This document shows, one piece after another, positions 49,469-60,073 of a DNA stretch of 64,000 nt (positions within the stretch are counted from its first letter, which is position 1; each line of letters opens with the position of its first letter). Made by a program: the position numbers and the translations under genes. A model generated the notes under the pieces. The model saw only the letters and a list, made by a program, of their open reading frames with translations. It was not told the origin of the DNA and searched no databases. The stretch is from Trueperaceae bacterium (GTDB lineage: Bacteria > Deinococcota > Deinococci > Deinococcales > Trueperaceae): assembly GCA_034520945.1 (NCBI GenBank), contig JAXHNB010000002.1, positions 288,001 to 352,000 on the forward strand, read 5' to 3'.

Positions 49469-49606
49469 CCTCCTTCTCCCATCCGGACTGTCACCGTCGG
49501 TGCCGGTCTTGCACCGGCTCGGGCCTTTCGGCTTCGCGGACTCGCCCCGGAATGTCGCCGGGAACTCACCGCCGGTCGGGAATTGCACCCTGCCCTGAAG
49601 GATTCC
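49469..49606 (-). ncRNA. FMN riboswitch (RFN element)
   Basis: Minus strand reads CTTCAGGGCAGGGTGCAATTCCCGACCGGCGGT...AGTCCGCGA...CCGACGGTGACAGTCCGGATGGGAGAAGG; upstream of ribD; TATACT at 49643-49638. Confidence 0.96.
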
Positions 49607-49718
49607 GAACTGTCGCCCGCCACGCGAGCGTGGCCAAAGTATAGGGCACGCGGCGGACGCGGTGCGTCGGCCATGCGGCGCGGTGACGTGCGCCGCCCAG
49701 GGTGGCATGATGGCGCGC

Positions 49719-50948
49719 ATGCCCGACGCCGAGCGACTGGACCGCTACGCCGACCTCGCCCTCCACGTGGGCGTGAACGTGCGCGAGGGACAGCGCCTCG
49801 TGCTTCGCAGCCCCATCGAGGCCGCCCCGCTGGCGCGCCGCATCGCGGCGGCCGCCTACCGCGCCGGCGTACCGTACGTGGACGTCCAGTGGAGCGACGA
49901 TGCGGTCACGCACGCGCGGTTTCACTACGCGCCGGACGGCACGTTCGAGGAGCTCCCCCTGGGGCGCGCAGACGCCTTGGCCCGCGCGGCCGAGCGGGGG
50001 GACGCGTTCGTGACCTTGGACGCCCGCGATCCGGACCTGCTGGCCGACGTCGATCCCGCGCGCGTGGCTTTGGTCGAGGCAGCCGCGCAGCGCGCCCAAC
50101 GGCCGTTCACCCGCCTCCTGATGGCCGACGCCGTGCCGTGGACCATCCTCGCGGTGCCCACGTCGGCGTGGGCCAGGAAGGTGTTTCCCGAGCGGACCGA
50201 GGCGGAGGGGCTCGCGGCGCTGTGGCGCGCCGTGTTCACGGCGACACGCGTGGACGAGGACGACCCGGTGGCCGCGTGGCAGCGGCACGTGGAGGTGCTG
50301 GCGCGCCGCGCTGCCGGCTTGAACGCGTCCCGGTTCGCCGCGCTGCGATTCCGCGGCCCCGGCACCGATCTTCGCGTCGGCTTGGCCGACGGGCACGCGT
50401 GGCAGGGTGGGGCGACCCGAACGCCGAGTGGACAGGTGTTCGTACCGAACCTCCCGACCGAGGAGGTGTTCACGGCCCCGCACCGCGCCGCCGTGTGCGG
50501 CACGGTGCGTGCCAGCATGCCGCTTGCCTACGCGGGCCGGGTGATCGAGGACTTCGGCCTGACGTTCGAGGCGGGACGGGTGGTGTCGGCCCACGCGCAA
50601 AAGGGCGAGGACGTTCTGATGCGCCTGTTGGATACGGACGAGGGGGCACGCCGCCTGGGCGAGGTGGCGCTGGTGCCCAGCGGCGGACCCGTTCAGCAGG
50701 CGGGCGTGCTGTTCTACAAGACGCTGTTCGATGAGAACGCAGCCATCCACCTGGCGCTGGGCCAGGGCTACCGCTTCACGCTGCGAGGCGGTACGCAGCT
50801 GGACGACGGCGACGCCCGCGCCCACGGGCTGAACGAAAGCCTGGCGCACGTGGACTTCATGATCGGCCACGGCGACATGGACGTGCTCGGCGTCGACGAC
50901 GCCGGCGGCGAACATGCGGTGATGCGGGCCGGCCGGTTCGTGTCGTAG
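49719..50948 (+). CDS. Aminopeptidase, M29 (AmpS/AmpT) family
   Basis: [57 protein letters not shown]. Confidence 0.93.
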   Translation: MPDAERLDRYADLALHVGVNVREGQRLVLRSPIEAAPLARRIAAAAYRAGVPYVDVQWSDDAVTHARFHYAPDGTFEELPLGRADALARAAERGDAFVTLDARDPDLLADVDPARVALVEAAAQRAQRPFTRLLMADAVPWTILAVPTSAWARKVFPERTEAEGLAALWRAVFTATRVDEDDPVAAWQRHVEVLARRAAGLNASRFAALRFRGPGTDLRVGLADGHAWQGGATRTPSGQVFVPNLPTEEVFTAPHRAAVCGTVRASMPLAYAGRVIEDFGLTFEAGRVVSAHAQKGEDVLMRLLDTDEGARRLGEVALVPSGGPVQQAGVLFYKTLFDENAAIHLALGQGYRFTLRGGTQLDDGDARAHGLNESLAHVDFMIGHGDMDVLGVDDAGGEHAVMRAGRFVS

Positions 50949-51036
50949 GGCGCGTGCCGGGCCGCGGGCGGACGCGGCCCGAAGCTGCTGGGCCGTGGCG
51001 CATCGGCGCGCCAGGTGCCGCTGGTATCCTCATTTC

Positions 51037-53295
51037 ATGACGCGAACGACGGGGTCCGGACCGGCAGGCGCACCGTCCGGCGTGCCCTCCGGCCCGCGCG
51101 CCCGGGCGCGCGAGGTGCTTCGGCGCGTGTGGGGCTACCACGACTTCCGCGGGGCCCAGGGTGACGTGATCGAGCACGTCGCGGACGGCGGGGACGCGCT
51201 GGTGCTCATGCCGACCGGCGGCGGCAAGTCGTTGTGCTACCAGGTGCCCGCCCTGTTGCGCGACGGCGTGGCCGTGGTGGTGTCGCCCTTGATCGCGTTG
51301 ATGCAGGATCAGGTCGGGGCGCTGCGTCAGAACGGCGTCCGCGCGGCGTTCCTGAACTCCAGCCTCGATCCCTCGGCGCAGCGGGAGGTCGAGGCCGACC
51401 TGGACGCGGGTCGCCTCGACCTGGTGTACGTGGCGCCGGAGCGGGTGCTTCGCGAATCGTTCCTCGCCCGCCTCGAGCGGGTCCCCGTGTCGTTGTTCGC
51501 CATCGACGAGGCGCACTGCGTGTCGCAGTGGGGGCACGATTTCCGGCCGGAGTACACCCGGCTCGACGTGCTGGCGCAGCGGTTTCCCGGCGTGCCGCGC
51601 ATCGCGCTGACCGCGACCGCGGACGCGGTCACGCGGCGCGAGATGAGCGAGAAGCTCCGCCTGGAGGACGCGCGCCGCTTCGTGTCGAGCTTCGACCGGC
51701 CGAACGTGCGCTACACGGTGGTGGACAAGCTCGACGCCCGCCGGCAGTTCCTGCGCTTCTACCAGGCGCGTCACCGCGGTGAGGCGGGCATCGTGTACTG
51801 CCTGTCGCGCAAGGCGGTCGAGCGGACCGCCACCTGGCTGGCCGGCCAGGGCATCGACGCGATTCCCTACCACGCGGGCCTGGACGCCGAGGTGCGCCGC
51901 GCGCATCAGCACCGCTTCCTGTACGAGGACGGGGTGGTGGTGGTCGCCACCATCGCCTTCGGCATGGGGATCGACAAGCCCGACGTGCGCTTCGTGGCGC
52001 ACCTCGACATGCCGAAGAGCCTGGAGGGGTACTACCAGGAGACCGGCCGCGCCGGCCGCGACGACCGCCCGGCGGACGCGTTCATGACGTACGGTCTGCA
52101 GGACGTGGTGCAGATTCGCCGCCTGTTGGCCATGGGCGAGGGCAGCGAGGCGCACAAGCGCGTCGAACGGCAACGGCTCGAGGCGCTGCTCGGCTTCTGC
52201 GAAACGCCCGGCTGCCGCCGGCAGGCGTTGCTCGCCTACTTCGGCGAACGTCGGGACACACCGTGCGGGAACTGCGACACCTGCCTGGAGCCGGTCACGA
52301 CGTTCGACGGCACCGTGTCCGCGCAGAAGCTGCTCTCCACCGTGGTGCGCACCGGCCAACGGTTCGGGGCGGGGCACCTCACCGACGTGCTCCTAGGGAA
52401 GCGAACGCCTCGCGTGACGCGCCTTCGTCACGATCAGGTGTCCACGTTCGCCGTCGGGCGCGAGCTGTCCGAGCGGGCCTGGCGTTCGGTGACGCGGCAG
52501 CTCGTCGCCCGTGGGCACCTGGTGACCGATGCGGACGGTCACGGCTCGCTGCGACTCGGCCCCTCGGCCGCGGCGGTCCTGCGCGGCGAGACCCGGGTCG
52601 AGCTGCGCGAGGACCGGGCCCCGGCCGCGGCCAGCGCAGGCGCCTCCGCGCCGCGACGCAGCGCAGAAGCGTTGCCGGGCGAGGTGCGTGCACGCTTCGA
52701 GACGTTGCGTGAGCTGCGCGGTCGCCTGGCGAAGGACCTCGGGGTACCGCCGTACGTGGTGTTTCACGACGCCACGCTGCGGGAGATGGCCGAACGGGTG
52801 CCCACCGACGAGGCCACCCTGGCGAGCGTGCAGGGCGTGGGCGCCACCAAGCTGGAGCGCTACGGCGAGGCCTTCCTGGCGGCGCTGCGCCCCATGGCGG
52901 CGCGGGACGGGACGGCGCCCGCGACAAGACCGCCGGAAGATCGCCCGGCGCCCGCCGACGCGGGGCCCCCGAACGGCGCCGGCGGCGCGGAGCTGGACAC
53001 GGTCGAGCGGACCCGCAGCCTGATCCTGGCGGGACGCACCATCGAGGCGGTCGCCTCCGAACGCGGCCTGAAGCGCCGCACCGTCGAGTCGCACCTCGCG
53101 GAACTGGTGCGGCGCGGGGACCTCACCGTCCAGGAGGCGACCGGCCTGAGTGAGGCGGCGATCGACGAGATCGAGGCGGCCCTGGACGCGCTGCCGCCGG
53201 AGGAACACGGGCGGCTGCGTCCCCTCCGCGACGCGCTGGGCGGGCGCTACCCCTACGCGGTGCTGACGTGCGTCCGGGCCGGCCGCGCCGAGTGA
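51037..53295 (+). CDS. recQ: RecQ DNA helicase (helicase-RQC-HRDC-HTH)
   Basis: [63 protein letters not shown]. Confidence 0.96.
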   Translation: MTRTTGSGPAGAPSGVPSGPRARAREVLRRVWGYHDFRGAQGDVIEHVADGGDALVLMPTGGGKSLCYQVPALLRDGVAVVVSPLIALMQDQVGALRQNGVRAAFLNSSLDPSAQREVEADLDAGRLDLVYVAPERVLRESFLARLERVPVSLFAIDEAHCVSQWGHDFRPEYTRLDVLAQRFPGVPRIALTATADAVTRREMSEKLRLEDARRFVSSFDRPNVRYTVVDKLDARRQFLRFYQARHRGEAGIVYCLSRKAVERTATWLAGQGIDAIPYHAGLDAEVRRAHQHRFLYEDGVVVVATIAFGMGIDKPDVRFVAHLDMPKSLEGYYQETGRAGRDDRPADAFMTYGLQDVVQIRRLLAMGEGSEAHKRVERQRLEALLGFCETPGCRRQALLAYFGERRDTPCGNCDTCLEPVTTFDGTVSAQKLLSTVVRTGQRFGAGHLTDVLLGKRTPRVTRLRHDQVSTFAVGRELSERAWRSVTRQLVARGHLVTDADGHGSLRLGPSAAAVLRGETRVELREDRAPAAASAGASAPRRSAEALPGEVRARFETLRELRGRLAKDLGVPPYVVFHDATLREMAERVPTDEATLASVQGVGATKLERYGEAFLAALRPMAARDGTAPATRPPEDRPAPADAGPPNGAGGAELDTVERTRSLILAGRTIEAVASERGLKRRTVESHLAELVRRGDLTVQEATGLSEAAIDEIEAALDALPPEEHGRLRPLRDALGGRYPYAVLTCVRAGRAE

Positions 53296-53301
53296 GCTTC
53301 G

Positions 53302-53331
53302 TTGACGGAAGGCCCCGCCAGGCGGTAGCCT
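53302..53331 (+). promoter_or_regulatory. Candidate sigma70 promoter of the Liv-type ABC operon
   Basis: TTGACG-N18-TAGCCT. Confidence 0.55.
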
Positions 53332-53384
53332 CGCGCATCCGCAATCGACGGCCCGTTCGTGCTCTTCGTGCCAAGGAGATGCTC

Positions 53385-54617
53385 ATGCGCAGATTCGTGA
53401 TCTCGATCGTCCTTCTCGTCCTGTTCGCGGCCACGGCGCAGGCGCAGCCGTTGCGCGTCGGCCTGTTGCTGCCCTTCACCGGCGAGTACGACTGGGTCGG
53501 CGCCAACGTCCAGCCCGTCGCCCAGATGATCGTGGACGAGGTCAACGACCTGGGCGGCATCGACGGGCGCGAGATCGTCCTCACGCAGGGCGACACCGAA
53601 GGCACCGTCGACGCCGGGTTCACGGCCGCCCAGAAGTTGGTCAACGCCGACGGCGTGCTGGCGCTGATCGGCCCCACCTCGCTCAGCTTCTCGGGCGGTC
53701 GTCAGGTGATCCTCGACAACGGCGTGCCGGTGGTGACCCCGACCGCCGGGACGACCGAGCTGGACCGAGCGGACACCCGCTACCTTCACCGCACCGTGCC
53801 CTCCGACGCGCTGGGCGGCCGCGCCATCGCGCGGGCCGCCACCGACGCGACCTACCTGGCGGGCGAAGGCGCCTACGAGCGCCCCTTCCTGATGGTGGGG
53901 CAGGCGCCGGCCCTGATCTCGTTCCAGGAGCCGATCACGCGTGGGTTCGAGGCGTACGGCACCGAAATCGCCGGCGACCTGCGCTACCAGACCGGCAAGC
54001 CCAGCTACCGCAGCGAAGTGCAGGAGGCGGTCCGGGCGGACCCCGACCTGATCGTGCTGATCGGGAGCCCCGAGGACTCCGCCCGCATCATGGAGGCGGC
54101 GTTCCAGGCGGGCTACCAGGGGGACTGGTTCGTGACGCAGGACCAGACCACGCCCGAGTTCGTCGATCTGATCGGACCGGAGCTGGCCGAAGGGATCTAC
54201 GGGCTCGAAGAGGTCGCCGCCGAGGAGAGCGCCGAGCGCAACGAGGCGTTCCAGGAACGCTACCGGGCGTACTCCGGCAACGAGGTCCAGATCTTCGGCA
54301 CCAACACCTACGACGCCATGAACATCGCCGCGTTGGCGATGCTTCGTGCGCACCTCGCGGACGGCGAGATCAGCCGCGAGACCATCGCGGACAACGTTTC
54401 GGTGGTCGCCAACGAGGCCGACGGCGACGTGGCCGTCACCAGCTACACGGAGGGGGCCGAGGCGCTCGAAGCCGGGCAGGAAATCGACTACCGCGGCCTG
54501 GTGGGGGCGCTGGAGTTCGACGAGTGGGGCAACATCCGCGCGCCGTTCGGCATCCGCCAGGTGCAGGACGGGTCTTGGGCGGCCGTGTCGACCGTGCCCG
54601 CGGACGCGCTGGACTAG
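53385..54617 (+). CDS. Branched-chain amino acid (HAAT) ABC substrate-binding protein
   Basis: Signal peptide, VGLLLPFTG, VNDLGGIDGR, RTVPSD, YDA, YRGLVGALEFDEWGN. Confidence 0.88.
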   Translation: MRRFVISIVLLVLFAATAQAQPLRVGLLLPFTGEYDWVGANVQPVAQMIVDEVNDLGGIDGREIVLTQGDTEGTVDAGFTAAQKLVNADGVLALIGPTSLSFSGGRQVILDNGVPVVTPTAGTTELDRADTRYLHRTVPSDALGGRAIARAATDATYLAGEGAYERPFLMVGQAPALISFQEPITRGFEAYGTEIAGDLRYQTGKPSYRSEVQEAVRADPDLIVLIGSPEDSARIMEAAFQAGYQGDWFVTQDQTTPEFVDLIGPELAEGIYGLEEVAAEESAERNEAFQERYRAYSGNEVQIFGTNTYDAMNIAALAMLRAHLADGEISRETIADNVSVVANEADGDVAVTSYTEGAEALEAGQEIDYRGLVGALEFDEWGNIRAPFGIRQVQDGSWAAVSTVPADALD

Positions 54618-54689
54618 CCGCCGGCGACCGCTGAGCGTTCGGGCGTCCCGCGCGCGGCGGGGCGCCCGTTCGCACGCCGCCCACCCGTA

Positions 54690-55550
54690 ATGATCGATCT
54701 GGTCCAGACCCTCGTGTTCGGTCTCGCCACCGGCGGCGTCATCGCCGTGGGGGCGGTCGGGTTGTCGCTGTCGTACGGCGTGACCCGCTTCATCAACTTC
54801 TCGTACGGCGAACTGCTGACGGTCGGGGCGTACCTCGCCGTGCTGCTGGCCACCCTGGGGGTGCCGCTGCTCGGCGCGGTGCCCGGCGCGATGCTGGCCA
54901 CCGGGGTCCTGATGGTGGGGCTGGCGCGACTGGTGTTCGAACCGCTGATGCAGCGCGGCCCGCTGCCGCTGCTGGTCACCAGCGTGGGCCTGGCCTTCGT
55001 GCTGCAGAACGCGGTACGGATGGTCGCGGGTTCTTCGGCGATCCGCTTCCCCCTCCCGCTGGTGCGGCCGTGGACGTTCGGCGAGTTGTTCGTGCCGCGC
55101 GTGCCGGTGTACGTCATTGCCGTGGCGTTGCTGGCGATGCTGGCGGTGCACCTGATGCTGTCCAGGAGCGACGTGGGCAAACGCATGCGCGCCGTCAGCG
55201 ACGATCCCGAGCTGGCGCGGGCCTGCGGCATCCGCACGCGCCGGGTGCTGGACGCCACCTGGTTCGCCAGCGCCGCGATCGCGGGCCTGTCCGGCACGCT
55301 GTTGGGCGTCACGCAGTTGGCGCTGCAGCCGGTGATGGGCTGGAACTTCCTGCTGGTGGTGTTCGCTGCGGTCCTGCTGGGTGGGATCGGTCACGCCTAC
55401 GGCGCCATGGTGGGGGCCTTGATCGTGGGCCTCGGGATCGAGTTCGGGTCGACCTACCTCTCCGCCGACTACGGCTACGCCTTCGCGTTCGTGATTCTGG
55501 TGGCGGTGCTGTTGTTCCGTCCCAGCGGCCTGTTCGGAGCGCGAACGTGA
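54690..55550 (+). CDS. livH: HAAT ABC permease (LivH-like)
   Basis: GLSLSYGVTRFINFSYGE, GKRMRAVSDDPELARACGI. Confidence 0.88.
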   Translation: MIDLVQTLVFGLATGGVIAVGAVGLSLSYGVTRFINFSYGELLTVGAYLAVLLATLGVPLLGAVPGAMLATGVLMVGLARLVFEPLMQRGPLPLLVTSVGLAFVLQNAVRMVAGSSAIRFPLPLVRPWTFGELFVPRVPVYVIAVALLAMLAVHLMLSRSDVGKRMRAVSDDPELARACGIRTRRVLDATWFASAAIAGLSGTLLGVTQLALQPVMGWNFLLVVFAAVLLGGIGHAYGAMVGALIVGLGIEFGSTYLSADYGYAFAFVILVAVLLFRPSGLFGART

Positions 55551-56533
55551 CGCCGGCCCTGTCGTTCCTCATCGGGCTGGCGACCATCGCCAGCGTGTAC
55601 GCGCTGCTGGCGTTGGCGCTGGACGTGCAGTTCGGGCACACCGGCCTGCTGAACTTCGGACACGTGGCGTTCTTCGGCGTCGGCGCGTTCGCCAGCGCCA
55701 TCGTGACGCTGCCGCCCCCCGGCAGCCCGGCGTACGTGGACGCCGGCGCGTCGTACCAGGTCGGCTTCGGCCTGCCCGTGTTCCTTGGCGTGGGGGCCGC
55801 CATGGTGGCCGGCGGCCTGCTGGCGCTGGCGGTGGGCGCGCTGAGCGTGCGTTTGGCGTCCCACTACCTGGCGGTCGCCACCTTCGCCCTCGCCGAGATC
55901 GTGCACGCCACGCTCGCGAACGAGATCTGGCTCACCCGGGGTCACTTCGGCATCACCACCGTGCCGCAACCCGGCAAGGGAACGCTGGTTCCCGTGGAGC
56001 TGTACCCCTTGGTCACGCTGCTGGCGGTGATCGCGATCGGGCTGGTCGCCTGGGGGCTGCTGGGGCGCCTCACCGACGCGCCGTTCGGACGGGCGCTGCG
56101 CGCGGTCCGCGACGACGAGTTGGCCGCCCGCACCTTCGGGCGGTCCGGATTCGGACTCAAGTTGCGGGCGTTCGTCCTAGGCGGCGTGGTGGCCGGCCTG
56201 GCGGGAAGCCTGTTCACGCACGCGCTCGGCGTGGTGCACGTCGAGCAGTTCGTGCCGCTCGTGACCTTCCAGGTGTGGCTGGCAGTGCTGATGGGCGGGG
56301 CGGGTCGTCACCGCGGGGTGGTGATCGGCGCCTTCGTGTTCATCGCCATCCGCGAAGGGACGCGCTTCATGGGCGACATCCCCGGTCTGGAGGCCGTGGC
56401 GCGGTCCAACCCGAGCTTCATCCCCTCGTTGCGGTACGTCCTGATCGGCGCGATGCTGATCTTGGTGGTTCGCTACTTCCCCGGCGGGATGCTGCCCGAA
56501 CGCACCCGCCGTGCCCCCGAGGTGGACGCGTGA
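55547..56533 (+). CDS. livM: HAAT ABC permease (LivM-like)
   Basis: GHTGLLNFGHVAFFGVGA, PFGRALRAVRDDE; GTGA overlap. Confidence 0.88.
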   Translation: MTPALSFLIGLATIASVYALLALALDVQFGHTGLLNFGHVAFFGVGAFASAIVTLPPPGSPAYVDAGASYQVGFGLPVFLGVGAAMVAGGLLALAVGALSVRLASHYLAVATFALAEIVHATLANEIWLTRGHFGITTVPQPGKGTLVPVELYPLVTLLAVIAIGLVAWGLLGRLTDAPFGRALRAVRDDELAARTFGRSGFGLKLRAFVLGGVVAGLAGSLFTHALGVVHVEQFVPLVTFQVWLAVLMGGAGRHRGVVIGAFVFIAIREGTRFMGDIPGLEAVARSNPSFIPSLRYVLIGAMLILVVRYFPGGMLPERTRRAPEVDA

Positions 56534-56545
56534 GTCGGCGCGCCG

Positions 56546-57301
56546 ATGCTGGCGGTGCGTGGGCTGACCAAGTCGTTCGGCGGCCTGCGGGCCGTGGACG
56601 GGGCGGACCTCGACGTGGAGGCGGGCAGCATCACGGGCCTGATCGGCCCCAACGGCGCCGGCAAGTCGACGTTGTTCGCGCTGGTGTCGGGTGCCCTCCG
56701 GCCCGACGCGGGCAGCGTCCACGTGGACGGGGCCGAACTGACCGGCGCGTCGCCCGAACGGGTCGCCCGCGCGGGGCTGGTGCGTACGTTTCAGACGCCC
56801 CGCCTGTTCGGACGCATGACCTGCTGGGAGAACCTGAACGTCGCTGCGCCGCCGGGGCCCGAGGAGGGATTGGCGTTCGCCCTGTTGCGAGGTGCCGCCG
56901 GCCGCCGGGTGCTGCAGAAGCGGAACCGCGCCGCCCGCGACATGCTGGCCTTCCTCGGCATGGGGCACCTGTTGGACGCCCGCACGGAGACGCTCTCGGG
57001 GGGGCAGCGGAAGCTGCTGGCGCTGGGCCGTGCGCTGATGGCCGACCCGAAGCTGATCCTCCTGGACGAGCCGTCCGCGGGGGTGAACGAGACGCTCACC
57101 CGCACGCTGCGCGACCGGGTGGCCGACGTGCGTGCGCGGGGCACGACCTTTCTGATCGTGGAGCACGACATGGACCTGATCATGACGATGTGCGACCGCG
57201 TGATCGTGATGCACCAGGGCCGCACCTTGGCGGCGGGCACGCCCGAGGAGGTCCAGAACGACCCGCGCGTGGTCGAGGCCTACCTGGGGGGCGCAGCGTG
57301 A
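56546..57301 (+). CDS. livG: HAAT ABC ATPase (LivG-like)
   Basis: GLIGPNGAGKST, LSGGQRK, LLDEP, VEHDM, VVEAYLG. Confidence 0.9.
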   Translation: MLAVRGLTKSFGGLRAVDGADLDVEAGSITGLIGPNGAGKSTLFALVSGALRPDAGSVHVDGAELTGASPERVARAGLVRTFQTPRLFGRMTCWENLNVAAPPGPEEGLAFALLRGAAGRRVLQKRNRAARDMLAFLGMGHLLDARTETLSGGQRKLLALGRALMADPKLILLDEPSAGVNETLTRTLRDRVADVRARGTTFLIVEHDMDLIMTMCDRVIVMHQGRTLAAGTPEEVQNDPRVVEAYLGGAA

Positions 57302-58017
57302 GCCAGGCCGTGTTGCGGGTGGACGGGGTGGACGCCGGCTACGGCGCCCTTCAGATCCTGTTCGACGTCGACCTCGAGGTGGCAGCCGGCGAGAGCGTGC
57401 TGGTGTTCGGGCCGAACGGGGCGGGCAAGTCGACGCTGATGAAGGCCGTGCTGGGGTTGATCCCGGTGCAGCGCGGCGCCATCGCCTACCAAGGACGCAC
57501 CACCTCGAACCTCGCCCCGGAGGAGGTCGTCCGGCTCGGCGTCGGGTACGTCCCGCAGTTGGCCAACGTGTTCGCGAACCTCACGGTGGAGGAGAACCTC
57601 GAGATGGGCGCCGTCACCGCGCCCCGTACGCGGCGGCGGCGGCTGGAGGAGACGTACGCGCGCCACCCCCTGCTGGCGGAGCGCCGGCGGCAGCGGGCCG
57701 GAAGCCTCTCCGGCGGGCAGCGGCAGATCCTGGCCATGGCGCGGGCGCTGATGCCCGAACCCCGGCTCCTGCTGTTGGACGAGCCCTCGGCGGGCCTGGC
57801 GCCGGCGTTGGTGCAGGCGCTGTTCGACGAGGTGGCGCGCATCGCACGCGGCGGCACCTCCATCCTGATGGTGGAACAGAACGCCAAGCAGGCGTTGGGG
57901 ATCGTGGATCGCGGCTACGTGCTCGAAAACGGCCGCGTCCGCTTCCAGGGGCCGGCGGACCGCCTGCTGAGCGATCACGACGTGGCGCAGTTGTACCTGG
58001 GCGTGCGGCGGCACTGA
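57298..58017 (+). CDS. livF: HAAT ABC ATPase (LivF-like)
   Basis: GPNGAGKST, LSGGQRQILAMARALM, LDEPSAGLAP, VEQN. Confidence 0.9.
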   Translation: MSQAVLRVDGVDAGYGALQILFDVDLEVAAGESVLVFGPNGAGKSTLMKAVLGLIPVQRGAIAYQGRTTSNLAPEEVVRLGVGYVPQLANVFANLTVEENLEMGAVTAPRTRRRRLEETYARHPLLAERRRQRAGSLSGGQRQILAMARALMPEPRLLLLDEPSAGLAPALVQALFDEVARIARGGTSILMVEQNAKQALGIVDRGYVLENGRVRFQGPADRLLSDHDVAQLYLGVRRH

Positions 58018-58063
58018 TCGGCCGCGCCGCGGGGTGCGCCGTTCGAGGCGCGTATCCTCGGGC

Positions 58064-59224
58064 ATGGAACGAACCTGGCGATGGATGCCGGCCGACCAGG
58101 TGCGTGCGGTCGGACCGACCGCGGACCAGCGTGCGCGGGGGCGCCTCCGCGACTGGTGGGAACGGTTCCGGGGCACGACCGATCACGAGATCGACGTCGC
58201 GCCGGCGCAGGACCGCTTGGGTCCCTTGGAGGCGCGGCGGCTGAAGGCCCTCACGCCCGAGCTGGACCGGTTCGCGCAGCGCGCCGCGCTGAGCACGCTG
58301 CGGGGCGGCCGGACGCGCACCGTGCTGCTCCGTCCCGACGACCGAGGTTGGGACGCGGTGTTGGACGAGACCCGGGTGGGCGACCCGGCGCGGCTGGTGC
58401 CCCCCGACGCGCCGCCGTTGGGCGAGGGGCTGCCGCGCCCCGCCGAGGCCATGGTCCGCGACGCGCCCTGGCTCCACGTATCACGACTGGAGCGGTGGTG
58501 GCTGCGTCACCATGACGGCCTCGGGGCGTTGCGGGGCCTGCTGGGGGCGTTGGCGGTGCGGGACGGCCCCTGGATGTTGGACGTCGCGCCCTGGGCGTGG
58601 GCGTGGATGCGCCGCGTGCTTCCCGAAGCCCGTGCGTTGCCGGCCGCGTTGGCGCCGGCGCCGCTGGACGGCGACGCGCTGGTGGCGTGGTTCGGGGAGG
58701 GATCGGCGACGGCGGTCCGGTTGCGCGAGGGGGGCGGGGCTCCGGACGCGGCGACCTATCACGCCCTCGCCCGGCGCGCCCGCGGCGCGCCCGGCGTCGC
58801 ACTCGCCATTTGGCAGGCGTGCCTGCGCGACGGCGCCGAAGCCGAAGCCGAGACCGATGCCGATCGTGGGGACGCGGCCTCCGACGCGGCCGTGCAGGGC
58901 ACGGGCGAGGAGCAGGACGCGCCCCGCGGGCCGACGGTGTGGATGCGGGCCCCCCACCGCGTCGAGCTTCCCTCCGCCGCTTCGCTGGCGCGTCACGACC
59001 TGTTGGTGTTGCACGCCGCCTTGGTGCACGGCGGGGCCAGCGACGCGGTGTTGCGCCGCGCTTCGGGCATGGGGGCGGCCGAGGTGCGGGCCGCGCGCTC
59101 GGCCTGCGAGGCGCGCGGCCTGCTGGAGCAGGACGAGGACGGGCGCGTGCACGTGCGGGCGGCGGCGCTTCCCTCCATCAGTGATCGCTTGAGCGACGAG
59201 GGCTTCGCGCGGTGGGCGTCATGA
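58064..59224 (+). CDS. Hypothetical protein coupled to an MscS gene (possibly a degenerate AAA+ with winged-helix C-terminus)
   Basis: TATCCT just upstream of the ATG; ATGA overlap with the next gene; LERWWLRH..G, PWAWAW, RGAPGVALAIW and a C-terminal HTH-like segment. Confidence 0.65.
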   Translation: MERTWRWMPADQVRAVGPTADQRARGRLRDWWERFRGTTDHEIDVAPAQDRLGPLEARRLKALTPELDRFAQRAALSTLRGGRTRTVLLRPDDRGWDAVLDETRVGDPARLVPPDAPPLGEGLPRPAEAMVRDAPWLHVSRLERWWLRHHDGLGALRGLLGALAVRDGPWMLDVAPWAWAWMRRVLPEARALPAALAPAPLDGDALVAWFGEGSATAVRLREGGGAPDAATYHALARRARGAPGVALAIWQACLRDGAEAEAETDADRGDAASDAAVQGTGEEQDAPRGPTVWMRAPHRVELPSAASLARHDLLVLHAALVHGGASDAVLRRASGMGAAEVRAARSACEARGLLEQDEDGRVHVRAAALPSISDRLSDEGFARWAS

Positions 59225-60033
59225 GCCTGAGCGACGTGCGGCTGTCGGAGGTGTTCCGGGACCTGGCGCAGATCCCGTTCGGACGGATCGCCGCCATCGT
59301 GGTGCTGGCATGGGTCTCGATCCGGCTGCTCGGCTGGCTGTTGCCCCGCGTGGCGGACGCCCTGCCCGCCCGGTTCCGCTTGTACGTGCTGCCGTGGGTG
59401 CCGGCGTTGCGGTTGTTGATCACCTTCGTCGCCGTGCTGTGGATCGTGCCGCTGGTGATCGCGCCCACGCCGCAGAACCTGTTCGCCCTGCTGGGCGCGT
59501 TGGGGATCGCGCTGGGGTTCGCGTTCAAGGACTTCGTGTCCAGCCTGGTCGCCGGCGTCATCGCCGTGTACGAGCGGCCCTACCGCCAAGGCGACTGGGT
59601 CCGCATCCGGGGCGTGTACGGCGAGGTGGTGGCGGTCGGGCTTCGCGCGGTGTACCTGCGCACGCTGGAGGACGAGCGGGTCAGCGTGCCGCACGCCGCG
59701 CTGTGGACCGAAGCCGTCGGCAACGCCAACGACGGCCTGCGGACGTTGATGGTCGTCACCACCTTCTGGCTGGCCCCCGATCACGACGCCGAGGCGGCGC
59801 GGGAGCGCCTGCGCGAGGTGGCGTGGACCAGTGCCTGGCTGGACGCGACGCGCCCCGTAACGGTCGAGGTGAACGAGTCGAAGGTGGGCACCCGCTACCA
59901 GGTCAAGGCCTACCCGTTGGACGCCCGCGACCAGCAGACGTTCCGGACCGACGTCACCGTGCGCGGCAAGCAGGCGCTGCGCGATGCGGGGTGCCGCTTC
60001 GCCACCGTCCCCGTGGCCCAGGCCGACGCCTGA
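59221..60033 (+). CDS. MscS-family mechanosensitive channel
   Basis: GIALGFAFKDFVSSLVAG, ERPYRQGDWVRI, GEVVAVGLR. Confidence 0.88.
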   Translation: MSLSDVRLSEVFRDLAQIPFGRIAAIVVLAWVSIRLLGWLLPRVADALPARFRLYVLPWVPALRLLITFVAVLWIVPLVIAPTPQNLFALLGALGIALGFAFKDFVSSLVAGVIAVYERPYRQGDWVRIRGVYGEVVAVGLRAVYLRTLEDERVSVPHAALWTEAVGNANDGLRTLMVVTTFWLAPDHDAEAARERLREVAWTSAWLDATRPVTVEVNESKVGTRYQVKAYPLDARDQQTFRTDVTVRGKQALRDAGCRFATVPVAQADA

Positions 60034-60073
60034 CCTTCCGACGAGGCGGCCCTGGCGCCGGCGACGACGCGGC

